DNA of 33,027 nucleotides. Origin: Alphaproteobacteria bacterium. Its GTDB lineage: Bacteria; Pseudomonadota; Alphaproteobacteria; Reyranellales; Reyranellaceae. The stretch's first letter is position 1. The number at the start of each line of letters is the position of its first letter. The stretch covers positions 1-33,027 of the forward strand of contig VBAF01000063.1 in NCBI GenBank assembly GCA_005884705.1, written 5' to 3'. Made by a program: the position numbers and the translations under genes. Of the stretch, positions 25,034-33,027 are shown in pieces. Under the pieces are notes generated by a model. It was given only the letters and a program-made list of their open reading frames with translations, had not been told where the DNA came from and did no database searches.

Positions 25034-26059
25034 ATGGAGCGCCAGGTGGCCCCCGACACTTCGACCGCGAGCGACACCGACGCCCTTGCCGCCTTGGCCG
25101 ACATCGAGCGGCTGGGCGGGCAGTTGCGCCAGGCGCGCAGCGCCATCGGCAAGGTCATTTATGGCCAGCAGCCTGTCATCGATCAAACGCTGGTTGCGCT
25201 CCTGTCCGGCGGCCATCTGCTGTTGATCGGCGTGTCGGGCCTCGCCAAGACCATGCTGGTCGAGACGCTGGGCATCGTGCTCGGCATGGAAAGCAAGCGC
25301 ATCCAGTTCACCCCCGACCTGATGCCGGCCGACATCCTGGGCTCGGAGGTGCTGGAGGAGAGCGATCTCGGCCACCGCTCCTTCCGCTTCCTGCAGGGCC
25401 CGGTGTTCGCCCAGCTGCTGATGGCCGACGAAATCAATCGCGCGAGCCCGCGCACCCAGTCGGCGCTGCTGCAGTCGATGCAGGAGAAGCACGTCACCGT
25501 GGCCGGCAAGCGCTACGACCTGCCGGCGCCGTTCCACGTGCTGGCGACCCAGAATCCGCTCGAGCAAGAAGGCACTTATCCCCTGCCCGAGGCGCAGCTC
25601 GACCGCTTCCTGCTGCAGATCGATGTCGGCTACCCCGATGAGGCAGCCGAGCGCGAGATCATGATCCAGACCACCAGCGCCAACATGCCGGTGGCGGCCC
25701 AAGCGCTGACGCCGGGCGACCTGATGGCGGCCCAGGCTCTGGTCCGCCGTCTACCGATCGGCCAGAGCGTGGTCGACGCCATCGTCAAGCTGGTGCGCTC
25801 CGGCCGGCCCGAAAGCAGCGATCTCGACGTGGTGCGCCAGCGCATCGCCTGGGGTCCCGGCCCGCGCGCCAGCCAGGCCTTCATGCTGGCGGCCCGCGCC
25901 CGGGCCATCATCCAGGGCCGCCTCGCGCCGTCGGTCGACGACGTCGTGGCGCTCGCCGGCCCGATCCTGCGCCACCGCATGGCGGTGAACTTCTCGGCGC
26001 GTGCCGAGGGCGTCACGGTGGAGGCCGTCATCGCCCAGATGTGCGCCCGCTTGGCGTAA
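25034..26059 (+). CDS. moxR: MoxR-family AAA+ ATPase
   Basis: Walker A GVSGLAKT, RIQFTPDLMPADILG, Walker B MADEINRASPRTQSALL, ATQNPLEQEGTYPLPEAQLDRF, GPGPRAS. Confidence 0.96.
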   Translation: MERQVAPDTSTASDTDALAALADIERLGGQLRQARSAIGKVIYGQQPVIDQTLVALLSGGHLLLIGVSGLAKTMLVETLGIVLGMESKRIQFTPDLMPADILGSEVLEESDLGHRSFRFLQGPVFAQLLMADEINRASPRTQSALLQSMQEKHVTVAGKRYDLPAPFHVLATQNPLEQEGTYPLPEAQLDRFLLQIDVGYPDEAAEREIMIQTTSANMPVAAQALTPGDLMAAQALVRRLPIGQSVVDAIVKLVRSGRPESSDLDVVRQRIAWGPGPRASQAFMLAARARAIIQGRLAPSVDDVVALAGPILRHRMAVNFSARAEGVTVEAVIAQMCARLA

Positions 26060-26089
26060 GCTGACACAGTCGTTGTAGCGCCGGAGCCG

Positions 26090-26986
26090 ATGGCCCAGCC
26101 GTCCACCCTTCATCGTTCGCTCGAACTCGCCGGCACCCTGCCCGCGCTGATGGTCGCGGCGGATCGCGTCGCTGCGACGGTCATCCAGGGCGTGCACGGA
26201 CGGCGCCGGGTCGGCCAGGGCGACGCCTTCTGGCAGTACCGGCCCTACCGCGACGGTGACAGCGCCAGTCAGATCGACTGGCGCCAGAGTGCGCGCAGCC
26301 GGCATCTGTTCGTGCGCGAGACCGAATGGGAAGCCGCCGCGTCGGTCTGGCTGTGGCGCGACGCGTCGCCCTCGATGCAATACGCTTCGCTCAAGAACAT
26401 CGACACCAAGGCGGTGCGCGCCGAGCTGCTGACGCTTGCGCTGGCAAGCCTGCTGACCGACGCCGGCGAACGGATCTCGATTCTGGGCAGCGGCATGAGG
26501 CCGATCTCCGGTCGGGTCGCGGTACGACGCATCGCCGAGACCTTGTTCGACGAGACGCGCGACACCGCCCGGGTGCTGCCGAGCCAGCCGCCGCTGGTGC
26601 CGCTGCCGGCGCATGGCACAGTGGTGCTGCTGTCCGACTGGCTCGACCCGCTCGACCAGGTCGAATCGGTGATTCGTCATTATGCCAGCGTCGGGGTGCG
26701 CGGCCATCTGGTGCAGATCCTCGATCCGGCGGAAGAGGATCTGCCGTTCAACGGCCATGTGAAGTTCGAAGGACTCGAAGCCGAAGGCCAGCACACGGTT
26801 CGACGCGTCGAATCGGTGCGCACCGCCTACGGCGCGCGGCTCGCCGCACAAAGAGAGGGACTGCAGCGGCTCACCCGCTCGGCCGACTGGACCGTGCATC
26901 TGCACCGCACCGACCGGCCGCCGCAGACCGTGCTGCTGTCGCTTTACCTCGCCATGGCCGACCTGCGTCGGCTGAACGCAGCGTGA
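26090..26986 (+). CDS. DUF58 domain protein (vWA-like)
   Basis: GVHGRRRVGQG, FWQYRPYRDGD, IDWRQSAR, RETEWE, DASPSM. Confidence 0.95.
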   Translation: MAQPSTLHRSLELAGTLPALMVAADRVAATVIQGVHGRRRVGQGDAFWQYRPYRDGDSASQIDWRQSARSRHLFVRETEWEAAASVWLWRDASPSMQYASLKNIDTKAVRAELLTLALASLLTDAGERISILGSGMRPISGRVAVRRIAETLFDETRDTARVLPSQPPLVPLPAHGTVVLLSDWLDPLDQVESVIRHYASVGVRGHLVQILDPAEEDLPFNGHVKFEGLEAEGQHTVRRVESVRTAYGARLAAQREGLQRLTRSADWTVHLHRTDRPPQTVLLSLYLAMADLRRLNAA

Positions 26987-27004
26987 CGGGATGCTGAGCC
27001 TTTC

Positions 27005-29755
27005 ATGTTGAGTTTGGGCGCGTTCGCTTTCGCCGCTCCCGGCATGCTGGCGCTGCTGCTCGTGCTGCCGGTGATCTACTGGCTGCTGCGCCTGATTCCG
27101 CCCCTGCCGCGGCTGGTGCGCTTCCCGGCGATCCGGCTGCTGATCGGGCTCGAGCCCAGCGAGCAGACGCCGATGAAGATGCCGTGGTGGCTGCTGCTGC
27201 TGCGGCTGCTGCTGGCGACGACGTTGATCCTCGCGGTCGCACGGCCGCTGCTCAATCCGCAGGCCGAGCTGCCGGGCAAGGGTCCGCTGCTGATCGTGGT
27301 CGATGACGGCTGGTCCTCGGCGCCGGGCTGGACGACGCGCATCGCCCATGCCGAACGCCTGATCCAGCGCGCCGAGCGCGCTGGCCGCCTGGTCGCGCTG
27401 ATCGGCACCGCGCCGCTGCCGCTCGACGCGCCGGCGGTGCGCAAGGGCGCGCTGCGCCCGGACGAGACGCGAACCACCCTGCGCGCCTTCCGGCCCAAGC
27501 CCTGGCCGACCGACCGGGCCAACGCAGCCAACGAAATCGACCAGCTCAAGCTCGACCCCGCCGCCTATGTCGTCTGGCTGAGCGACGGGCTGGAGGATGC
27601 GGGCGCGGCCAAGCTCACCGACCGGCTGCAGAAGTTCGACGGCCTGCAGGTCGTGCTGCCGGATGCCGCCAACACGCCGCTGCTCCTGCTGCCGCCCGCG
27701 GCCGAGGGCCGCGACCTCAGGGTGGCGGCGCTGCGTCCCGTGGCCGACGGCCCGCGCAAGACGGCGATCCAGGCGGCCGACGACCAGGGCCGCGTGGTGG
27801 CGCGAATCGAGCTCGATTTCGCCACCTCCGCCACCAAGGGCGAGGGCGTGCTGCAGGCGCCGCCCGAGTTGCGCAACCGCATGACCCGGCTCGACATCGA
27901 ATCGCAAGGCGGCGCGGGCAGCACCGTGCTGCTCGACGAGCGCAACCGCCGCCGCCCCGTGGCGATCCTGGGCGAGCGCGCCGCGGCGGCCGGCCAGCCG
28001 CTGCTGCAGGAGGTCTACTTCCTCGAGCGCGCACTCGATCCCTATGTCAGCCTGACGATCGGCGACCGCGAGACCGTGCTGACGCGCAACACGTCGGTCC
28101 TGCTGATCCCCGACGGCGCCGCCCCCTCGACCAACGATCGCGACGAAATAGCCAAATGGATCGAGCGCGGCGGCGTGGCGGTGCGCTTCGCCGGCCCCAA
28201 CCTCGCGGCGGGCGGCGATGCGCTGGTGCCGACGCCGCTGCGGCTCGGCGACCGCGCCCTGGGCGGCGTCATGAGCTGGGGCCAGCCGAGCGCGCTCGCC
28301 GAGTTCCCGACCAACAGCCCGTTCCTCGGCATCCCGGTGCCCAAGGACGTGCGCATCCAGCAGCAGGTTCTGGCCGAACCGACGCCCGACCTCGCCGACA
28401 AGACCTGGGCGCGGCTGGCCGACGGCACGCCGCTGGTCACCGGCGAGAAGCGCGGGCAGGGTTACCTGGTGCTGATCCACACCACCGCCAATGCCGGCTG
28501 GAGCAACCTCGCTCTGTCGGGCCTGTTCGTGAACATGCTGCAGCGGCTGGTGACCCTGTCGCGCGGCGTGGCGGGCGACGGCGTCAACAAGGCGCTGAAG
28601 CCGTGGCGCACGCTCGACGGCTTCGGCAAGCTCGGCGCGCCGCCGGCCGGCGCGCAGATGCTGCCGGCCGATGCCGACCAGAGCTTCGCGCCCAAGCCGA
28701 CCACGCCGCCCGGCTTCTACGGCGACGAGAACGCCCAGGTCGCCTTCAACATCGGCGGTCACGTGCCGGCGCCCAAGCCGCTGGCGCTGCCGAGCGGCGT
28801 CGCGACCGACCGGCTGTCGGAGGGCGGCGAGACCGACCTGTCGCGCTGGTGCCTGCTCGCCGCCGCACTGTTGCTGCTGATCGACCTGCTGCTCTCGCTC
28901 TGGCTGCGCGGGCTGATGCCGCGGGCGGTGCGCATCGGTCGCGCGGCTCCGGTCGCGCTGCTGCTCGGCCTTGCCGTATTTGCGTCGCCGCCCGACAGCC
29001 ACGCCCAGACCCAGCGCGTCGCCGCCCCTGCGCCGGACAAGCCGGGGCCGGCGCCGCTCAGCGACGAGCAGGCGCTCAAGGGCGCGCTCGACACGCGGCT
29101 CGCCTACATCATCACCGGCGACAAGGACGTCGACGATCTCAGCAAGGCCGGACTCGAGGGGCTGAGCGAGGTCCTGCGCAACCGCACCTCGGTCGAGCCG
29201 GCCGATCCGGTCGGCCTCGACCTCGAGCACGACGAGCCGCGCCTCTATCCGCTGATCTACTGGCCGATCACCGCGAGCCAGCCCAACCTCTCGCCACGCG
29301 CCTCGTCGGCGCTCGACCGCTACTTGCGCACCGGCGGCATCCTGTTCATCGACACGCGCGACCAGCAGATGTCGTTCGACCGCCCGGTGGGCGGCAATCC
29401 GGACCTCAAGCGCCTGATGTCCGGCATCGAGACGCCGCCCTTGATTGTCATGCCGCCCGACCACGTGCTGACCAAGTCGTTCTACCTGCTGTCCGACATG
29501 CCGGGCCGCTGGGCCGGCGGCACGGGCCGCGTCAATGACGGCGTCACGACCATCGTGATCGGCGCCAACGACTATGCCGGCGCCTGGGCGGTCGACCAGC
29601 GCGGCCGCGGCCTCAATCCCGTGACGCCGGGCGCCGAGACCCAGCGCGAGATGTCGTTCCGCGTCGGCGTGAACCTGGTGATGCATGCGCTGACCGGCAA
29701 CTACAAGGACGACCAGGTCCACATCCAGGACATCATGCAGAGGCTCCGGCGATGA
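27005..29755 (+). CDS. BatA/N-terminal double-TM plus DUF4159 domain membrane protein
   Basis: WLLRLIPP..FP, PWWLLLLRLLL..ARP, YPLIYWP, GGILFIDTRD, HVLTKSFYLL, NDGV, RVGVNLVMHALTGNYKDDQVH. Confidence 0.92.
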   Translation: MLSLGAFAFAAPGMLALLLVLPVIYWLLRLIPPLPRLVRFPAIRLLIGLEPSEQTPMKMPWWLLLLRLLLATTLILAVARPLLNPQAELPGKGPLLIVVDDGWSSAPGWTTRIAHAERLIQRAERAGRLVALIGTAPLPLDAPAVRKGALRPDETRTTLRAFRPKPWPTDRANAANEIDQLKLDPAAYVVWLSDGLEDAGAAKLTDRLQKFDGLQVVLPDAANTPLLLLPPAAEGRDLRVAALRPVADGPRKTAIQAADDQGRVVARIELDFATSATKGEGVLQAPPELRNRMTRLDIESQGGAGSTVLLDERNRRRPVAILGERAAAAGQPLLQEVYFLERALDPYVSLTIGDRETVLTRNTSVLLIPDGAAPSTNDRDEIAKWIERGGVAVRFAGPNLAAGGDALVPTPLRLGDRALGGVMSWGQPSALAEFPTNSPFLGIPVPKDVRIQQQVLAEPTPDLADKTWARLADGTPLVTGEKRGQGYLVLIHTTANAGWSNLALSGLFVNMLQRLVTLSRGVAGDGVNKALKPWRTLDGFGKLGAPPAGAQMLPADADQSFAPKPTTPPGFYGDENAQVAFNIGGHVPAPKPLALPSGVATDRLSEGGETDLSRWCLLAAALLLLIDLLLSLWLRGLMPRAVRIGRAAPVALLLGLAVFASPPDSHAQTQRVAAPAPDKPGPAPLSDEQALKGALDTRLAYIITGDKDVDDLSKAGLEGLSEVLRNRTSVEPADPVGLDLEHDEPRLYPLIYWPITASQPNLSPRASSALDRYLRTGGILFIDTRDQQMSFDRPVGGNPDLKRLMSGIETPPLIVMPPDHVLTKSFYLLSDMPGRWAGGTGRVNDGVTTIVIGANDYAGAWAVDQRGRGLNPVTPGAETQREMSFRVGVNLVMHALTGNYKDDQVHIQDIMQRLRR

Positions 29756-31838
29756 ATCCGACCTCGGCCGTCTCCGTCGCCTTCGATCCGCTGCTGCCCT
29801 GGTCCATCCTGATCGCGCTCGGCGCGGCGGGCCTCGTGCTGGTGCTGCTCGGTTTGCGCGCCCGCGCCCGCGGCCTGCTGTGGCGCTTCCTCGGGATCGT
29901 CGTGGTGCTGGCGGCGCTCGCCAACCCGGCGCTGATCGAGGAACAGCGCAAGCCGATCGCCGACGTCGCCCTGGTCGTCACCGACGACAGCGATTCGATG
30001 ACGATCGGCGAGCGCCGCATCCAGGGCCAGGCCGCCAAGGAGGCGCTCAAGAAGAAGCTCGGACAGCAGGAAGGCCTCGAGATCCGCGAGGCCACCTTGC
30101 CGCCCTCGCACATCCAGCTCGGCAGCGAGCGGCCGGGCGGCACGCGGCTGATCGAGACCATGCGCTCGGCGCTGGTCGAGGTGCCGCCGGAGCGGCTGGC
30201 CGGCGTGGTCCTGCTGACCGACGGCCAGGTGCACGACGTGCCGGCCGGCCTGCCGCCGGAGCTGGGCGGCGCGCCGGTGCATGCGCTGATTGCCGGCAAG
30301 AAGGGCGAGCGCGACCGGCTGATCGTGATCGAGCAGTCGCCGCGCTTCGGCGTGGTCGGCCGCCAGGTCACCACCAAGTTCCGGATCGAGGATCCGGCCG
30401 GCGGCAGCGCGCCGGTCACCCTGTCGGTCGGCGGCGAGGTGGTACGCCGGCTCGACGTGCCGGTCGGCCGCTCGGTCGAGCTGCCGATCACCGTCGGCAA
30501 TCCCGGCGCCAACATCGTCGAGCTCGAGGTGGCGCCCGGCCAGAACGAGCTCACGCTCGACAACAACCGCGCCATCTTCACCATCAACGGCGTGCGCGAT
30601 CGGCTGCGCGTGCTGCTGGTCTCCGGCGAGCCCTACCAGGGCGAGCGGGCGTGGCGGAACCTGCTGAAGAGCGACCCCGCGGTCGACCTGGTGCACTTCA
30701 CCATCCTGCGCACGCCGCAGAAGGACGATTTCACGCCGGTCCGCGAGCTGTCGCTGATCGTCTTCCCGATGCGCGAGCTGTTCGAGCAGAAGCTCAAGGA
30801 GTTCGACCTCATCATCTTCGACCGCTACGAGTCGGGAAACCTGATCACGCGCGACTATTTCCGCAACATCGCCGAATACGTGAAGGGCGGCGGCGCGCTG
30901 CTGGTCTCGGTCGGGCCAGTGTTCGCCACGCAACGTTCGCTCTACCGCACGCCGCTCGGCACCACGTGCTGGAGACCGGCTTCAAGCCCAAGGTCACCGA
31001 GATCGGCCAGCGCCATCCCGTCACCGCCCACCTGCCGCAGGCCGGCGACCCCGGCAAGGAGCCGGAATGGGGCCGCTGGTTCCGCCTGGTCACCTCGCGC
31101 ACCGACCACGGCAACGCGGTGCTGGAGGGTGCGGAAAGCAAGCCGCTGGTCGTCCTCGATCGCGTCGGCGAAGGCCGTGTGGCGCAGCTGATGTCCGATC
31201 ATCTCTGGATGTGGAACCGCGGCATCGACGGCGGCGGGCCGCAGCCCGAGCTGGTGCGCCGGGTCGCCCACTGGCTGATGAAGGAGCCCGACCTCGAGGA
31301 GGAAGCGTTGCGCGCCACCGCCGTGGGCGGCCGCATCGAGGTCACGCGCCGCACGCTCGCGGCCACCTTCCCGCCGGTGACCATGACCGCGCCCGGCACG
31401 CCGACGCCCGGCCAGCCGAACGCCGGCGCCACGCGCACGCTCGAGCTGCGCCAGATCGCGCCCGGCCTCGGCCAGGCGGTCGTCGACGTCGACAAGCCCG
31501 GCCTCTACCGCTTCGACGACGGCACGCTGCGCACCGTGGCCGCGGTCGGCAACCCCGACCCGCTCGAGTTCTCCGACGTGCGCGCGACCGATGCGAAGCT
31601 GAAGCCGCTGGTCGAGGCCTCCGGCGGCACCATGATGTGGCTGTCCGACAATCCCGATCCCGACATCCGCTCGGTGCGCCCCGGCCGCGCCGCCGGCGGC
31701 TCGGACTGGATCGGCCTGCGCCGCAACGAGGGCTACACGGTGGCCGGCATCAACCAGACGCCGCTGCTGCCCGGCATCCTGGTGGCGCTCGCCTTCCTGG
31801 TGGCGCTGGGCAGCGCGTGGTGGCGCGAAGGCCGCTAG
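29752..31838 (+). pseudogene. vWA plus GATase-like membrane protein, frameshifted at about 30963 as sequenced
   Basis: Frame 1: DDSDSM (MIDAS-like), LLTDGQVHD, LLVSGEP, WRNLLKSDP, FDLIIFDRY, up to SLYRTPLGT. Frame 2 resumes VLETGFKP..GQRHPVT..GEGRVA..HWLMKEPDLEEE..AWWREGR*. Confidence 0.85.
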
Positions 31839-32065
31839 CGACCGCGTTCGGCTGAGCCGTTTTCGACCGTTTTCGCCGTTTTTGTCAGGCGCACCGTTTT
31901 CGGCGAACCGCGAGGTCGTGGCAGGGCAATGGGGACGGCTCATGCCCGCAACTAAAACACGGTTGGCGCGCCGATCCTATTATGGGCAATGGCCGGCGAA
32001 AAACCCCGCTGTTTCCGGGCCTGAAAACCCGGGCCATTGCCCAGAATGACCACGCCGGCGAAGGC

Positions 32066-32074
32066 TTATCCACA
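32066..32074 (+). promoter_or_regulatory. Single consensus DnaA box
   Basis: TTATCCACA, exact match, in intergenic DNA. Confidence 0.45.
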
Positions 32075-32191
32075 CCCTTCAGGGAGCAGCGCGCACTCGT
32101 GACATGCTGCCTGACATGTCATTCTCGACCGGCCCGCACATGCTAGAGCAAAGTTCCGATCGCTCTCTCTCGACGCGCTAGCAGGCCTGCC

Positions 32192-33027
32192 TTGCGCGCG
32201 CCATCACTGCGATCGGTTGCCGTCTTCGTCGCCGCCGGACGGGCGCTGAGCTTCAGCGTCGCCGCCAGCTCGCTCGGCCTGACGCCGTCGGCGGTCAGCC
32301 GTCGGATCGCCGACCTCGAGCACGAGCTGGGCGTCGCCCTGTTCCGCCGCTTCAACCGCCGGATCGAGCTCACGACGGCGGGGGCACGCTACCTCGAGGC
32401 GGTGGGGGGCGCGCTCGACCTGATCGAGCGCGAGAGCGAGGCGCTGCGACCACCGCGCCGGCAGACCATGCTGCGGCTATCGGTGCTGCAGTCCTTCGCC
32501 AGCCTGTGGCTGCTGCCGCGGCTGGCCGCCTTCAAGCAGGCGCGCCCGGACCTCGATGTCGAGATCGAGACGTCGGCCGAGCTGATCGACCTGACCGGCG
32601 ATCGCTACGACGCCGCCATCCGCTTCGGCACCGGACGCTGGCCGGGCCTCGCCGCCGATCGGCTGTTCCGCAACCAGGTCTTCCCCGTCGCCGCGCCAAG
32701 CCTGCTGCGCGCTGGCCGGCCGATCGCGCCGACGGCGCTCGATCGCGCCGTGCTGTTCGACATCGTCCAGGCGCCGGATCTGTGGTCGCAGTATCTGCGG
32801 GGCGTTGGCCTCCCCGGCTACCGGCCGCGCCGGCGCCGTAGCTTCGACAACGCCCAGGTGATGTACGAGGCGGTCGCCAACGGCCTCGGCATCGCGCTGG
32901 GGGCCGACGAACTGGTCGGTGGGCAGCTCGCCGCGGGCCGGCTGATCAAGCCGTTCCGCAACGACCCGGTGCCGCTGCGCCAGAGCTACTACCTGGTCTA
33001 CCGCAAGGAGCGCCGCGAACGGCCGGC
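32192..33027 (+). CDS. LysR-family (GcvA-like) transcriptional regulator, truncated by the window end
   Basis: TTG start; PSLRSVAVFVAAGRALSFSVAASSLGLTPSAVSRRIADLEHELGVALFRRFNRRIELTTAG, then SFASLWLLPRL and DAAIRFGTGRWPG. Not in the ORF track because there is no stop in the window. Confidence 0.93.
   Translation, partial: MRAPSLRSVAVFVAAGRALSFSVAASSLGLTPSAVSRRIADLEHELGVALFRRFNRRIELTTAGARYLEAVGGALDLIERESEALRPPRRQTMLRLSVLQSFASLWLLPRLAAFKQARPDLDVEIETSAELIDLTGDRYDAAIRFGTGRWPGLAADRLFRNQVFPVAAPSLLRAGRPIAPTALDRAVLFDIVQAPDLWSQYLRGVGLPGYRPRRRRSFDNAQVMYEAVANGLGIALGADELVGGQLAAGRLIKPFRNDPVPLRQSYYLVYRKERRERP

Noticed and set aside
25751-29722. 1323-aa minus-strand ORF, and similar long ORFs at 2345-3844, 3759-4898, 7644-9860, 13658-15292, 19396-20508 and 29701-30933
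   Set aside because: Antisense shadows of well-supported genes, expected from stop-codon scarcity at high GC3; no recognisable motifs.
30955-30970. Programmed -1 ribosomal frameshift
   Set aside because: No X XXY YYZ slippery heptamer, and conserved residues seem to be missing, which points to a deletion.
31839-32191. Chromosomal replication origin
   Set aside because: Only one DnaA box, no extended A/T-rich unwinding element, and none of the usual oriC-flanking genes such as hemE, dnaA or parAB.

Overview
GC-rich alphaproteobacterial chromosome segment (Reyranella/Rhodospirillales-like; inferred from gene content and order only). The housekeeping backbone is prs-rplY-pth-ychF, phoX, clcA, petABC, trmL-hemF, cca-nudL, a moxR-DUF58-DUF4159-vWA operon and a truncated LysR gene. 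Four things stand out. (1) A 3.2-kb block of seven stress-type genes (14803-18079) carries four sigma-EcfG (G[G/C]AAC-N16/17-CGTT) promoter motifs and an unlisted 25-aa membrane peptide. (2) A 1.6-kb islet with a sigma-54 motif and a TauE exporter is bracketed by a 59-bp duplication of the 3' end of a RidA gene. (3) A 111-bp intergenic spacer (5295-5405) appears to be four joined fragments of an acyl-CoA synthetase gene. (4) Several short deletions hit otherwise intact genes, most strikingly loss of the CTHLGC Fe-S box from the Rieske gene petA; these may be assembly artefacts. I saw no rRNA, tRNA, CRISPR array, transposase or integrase. All family calls are from motif recognition, not database searches.
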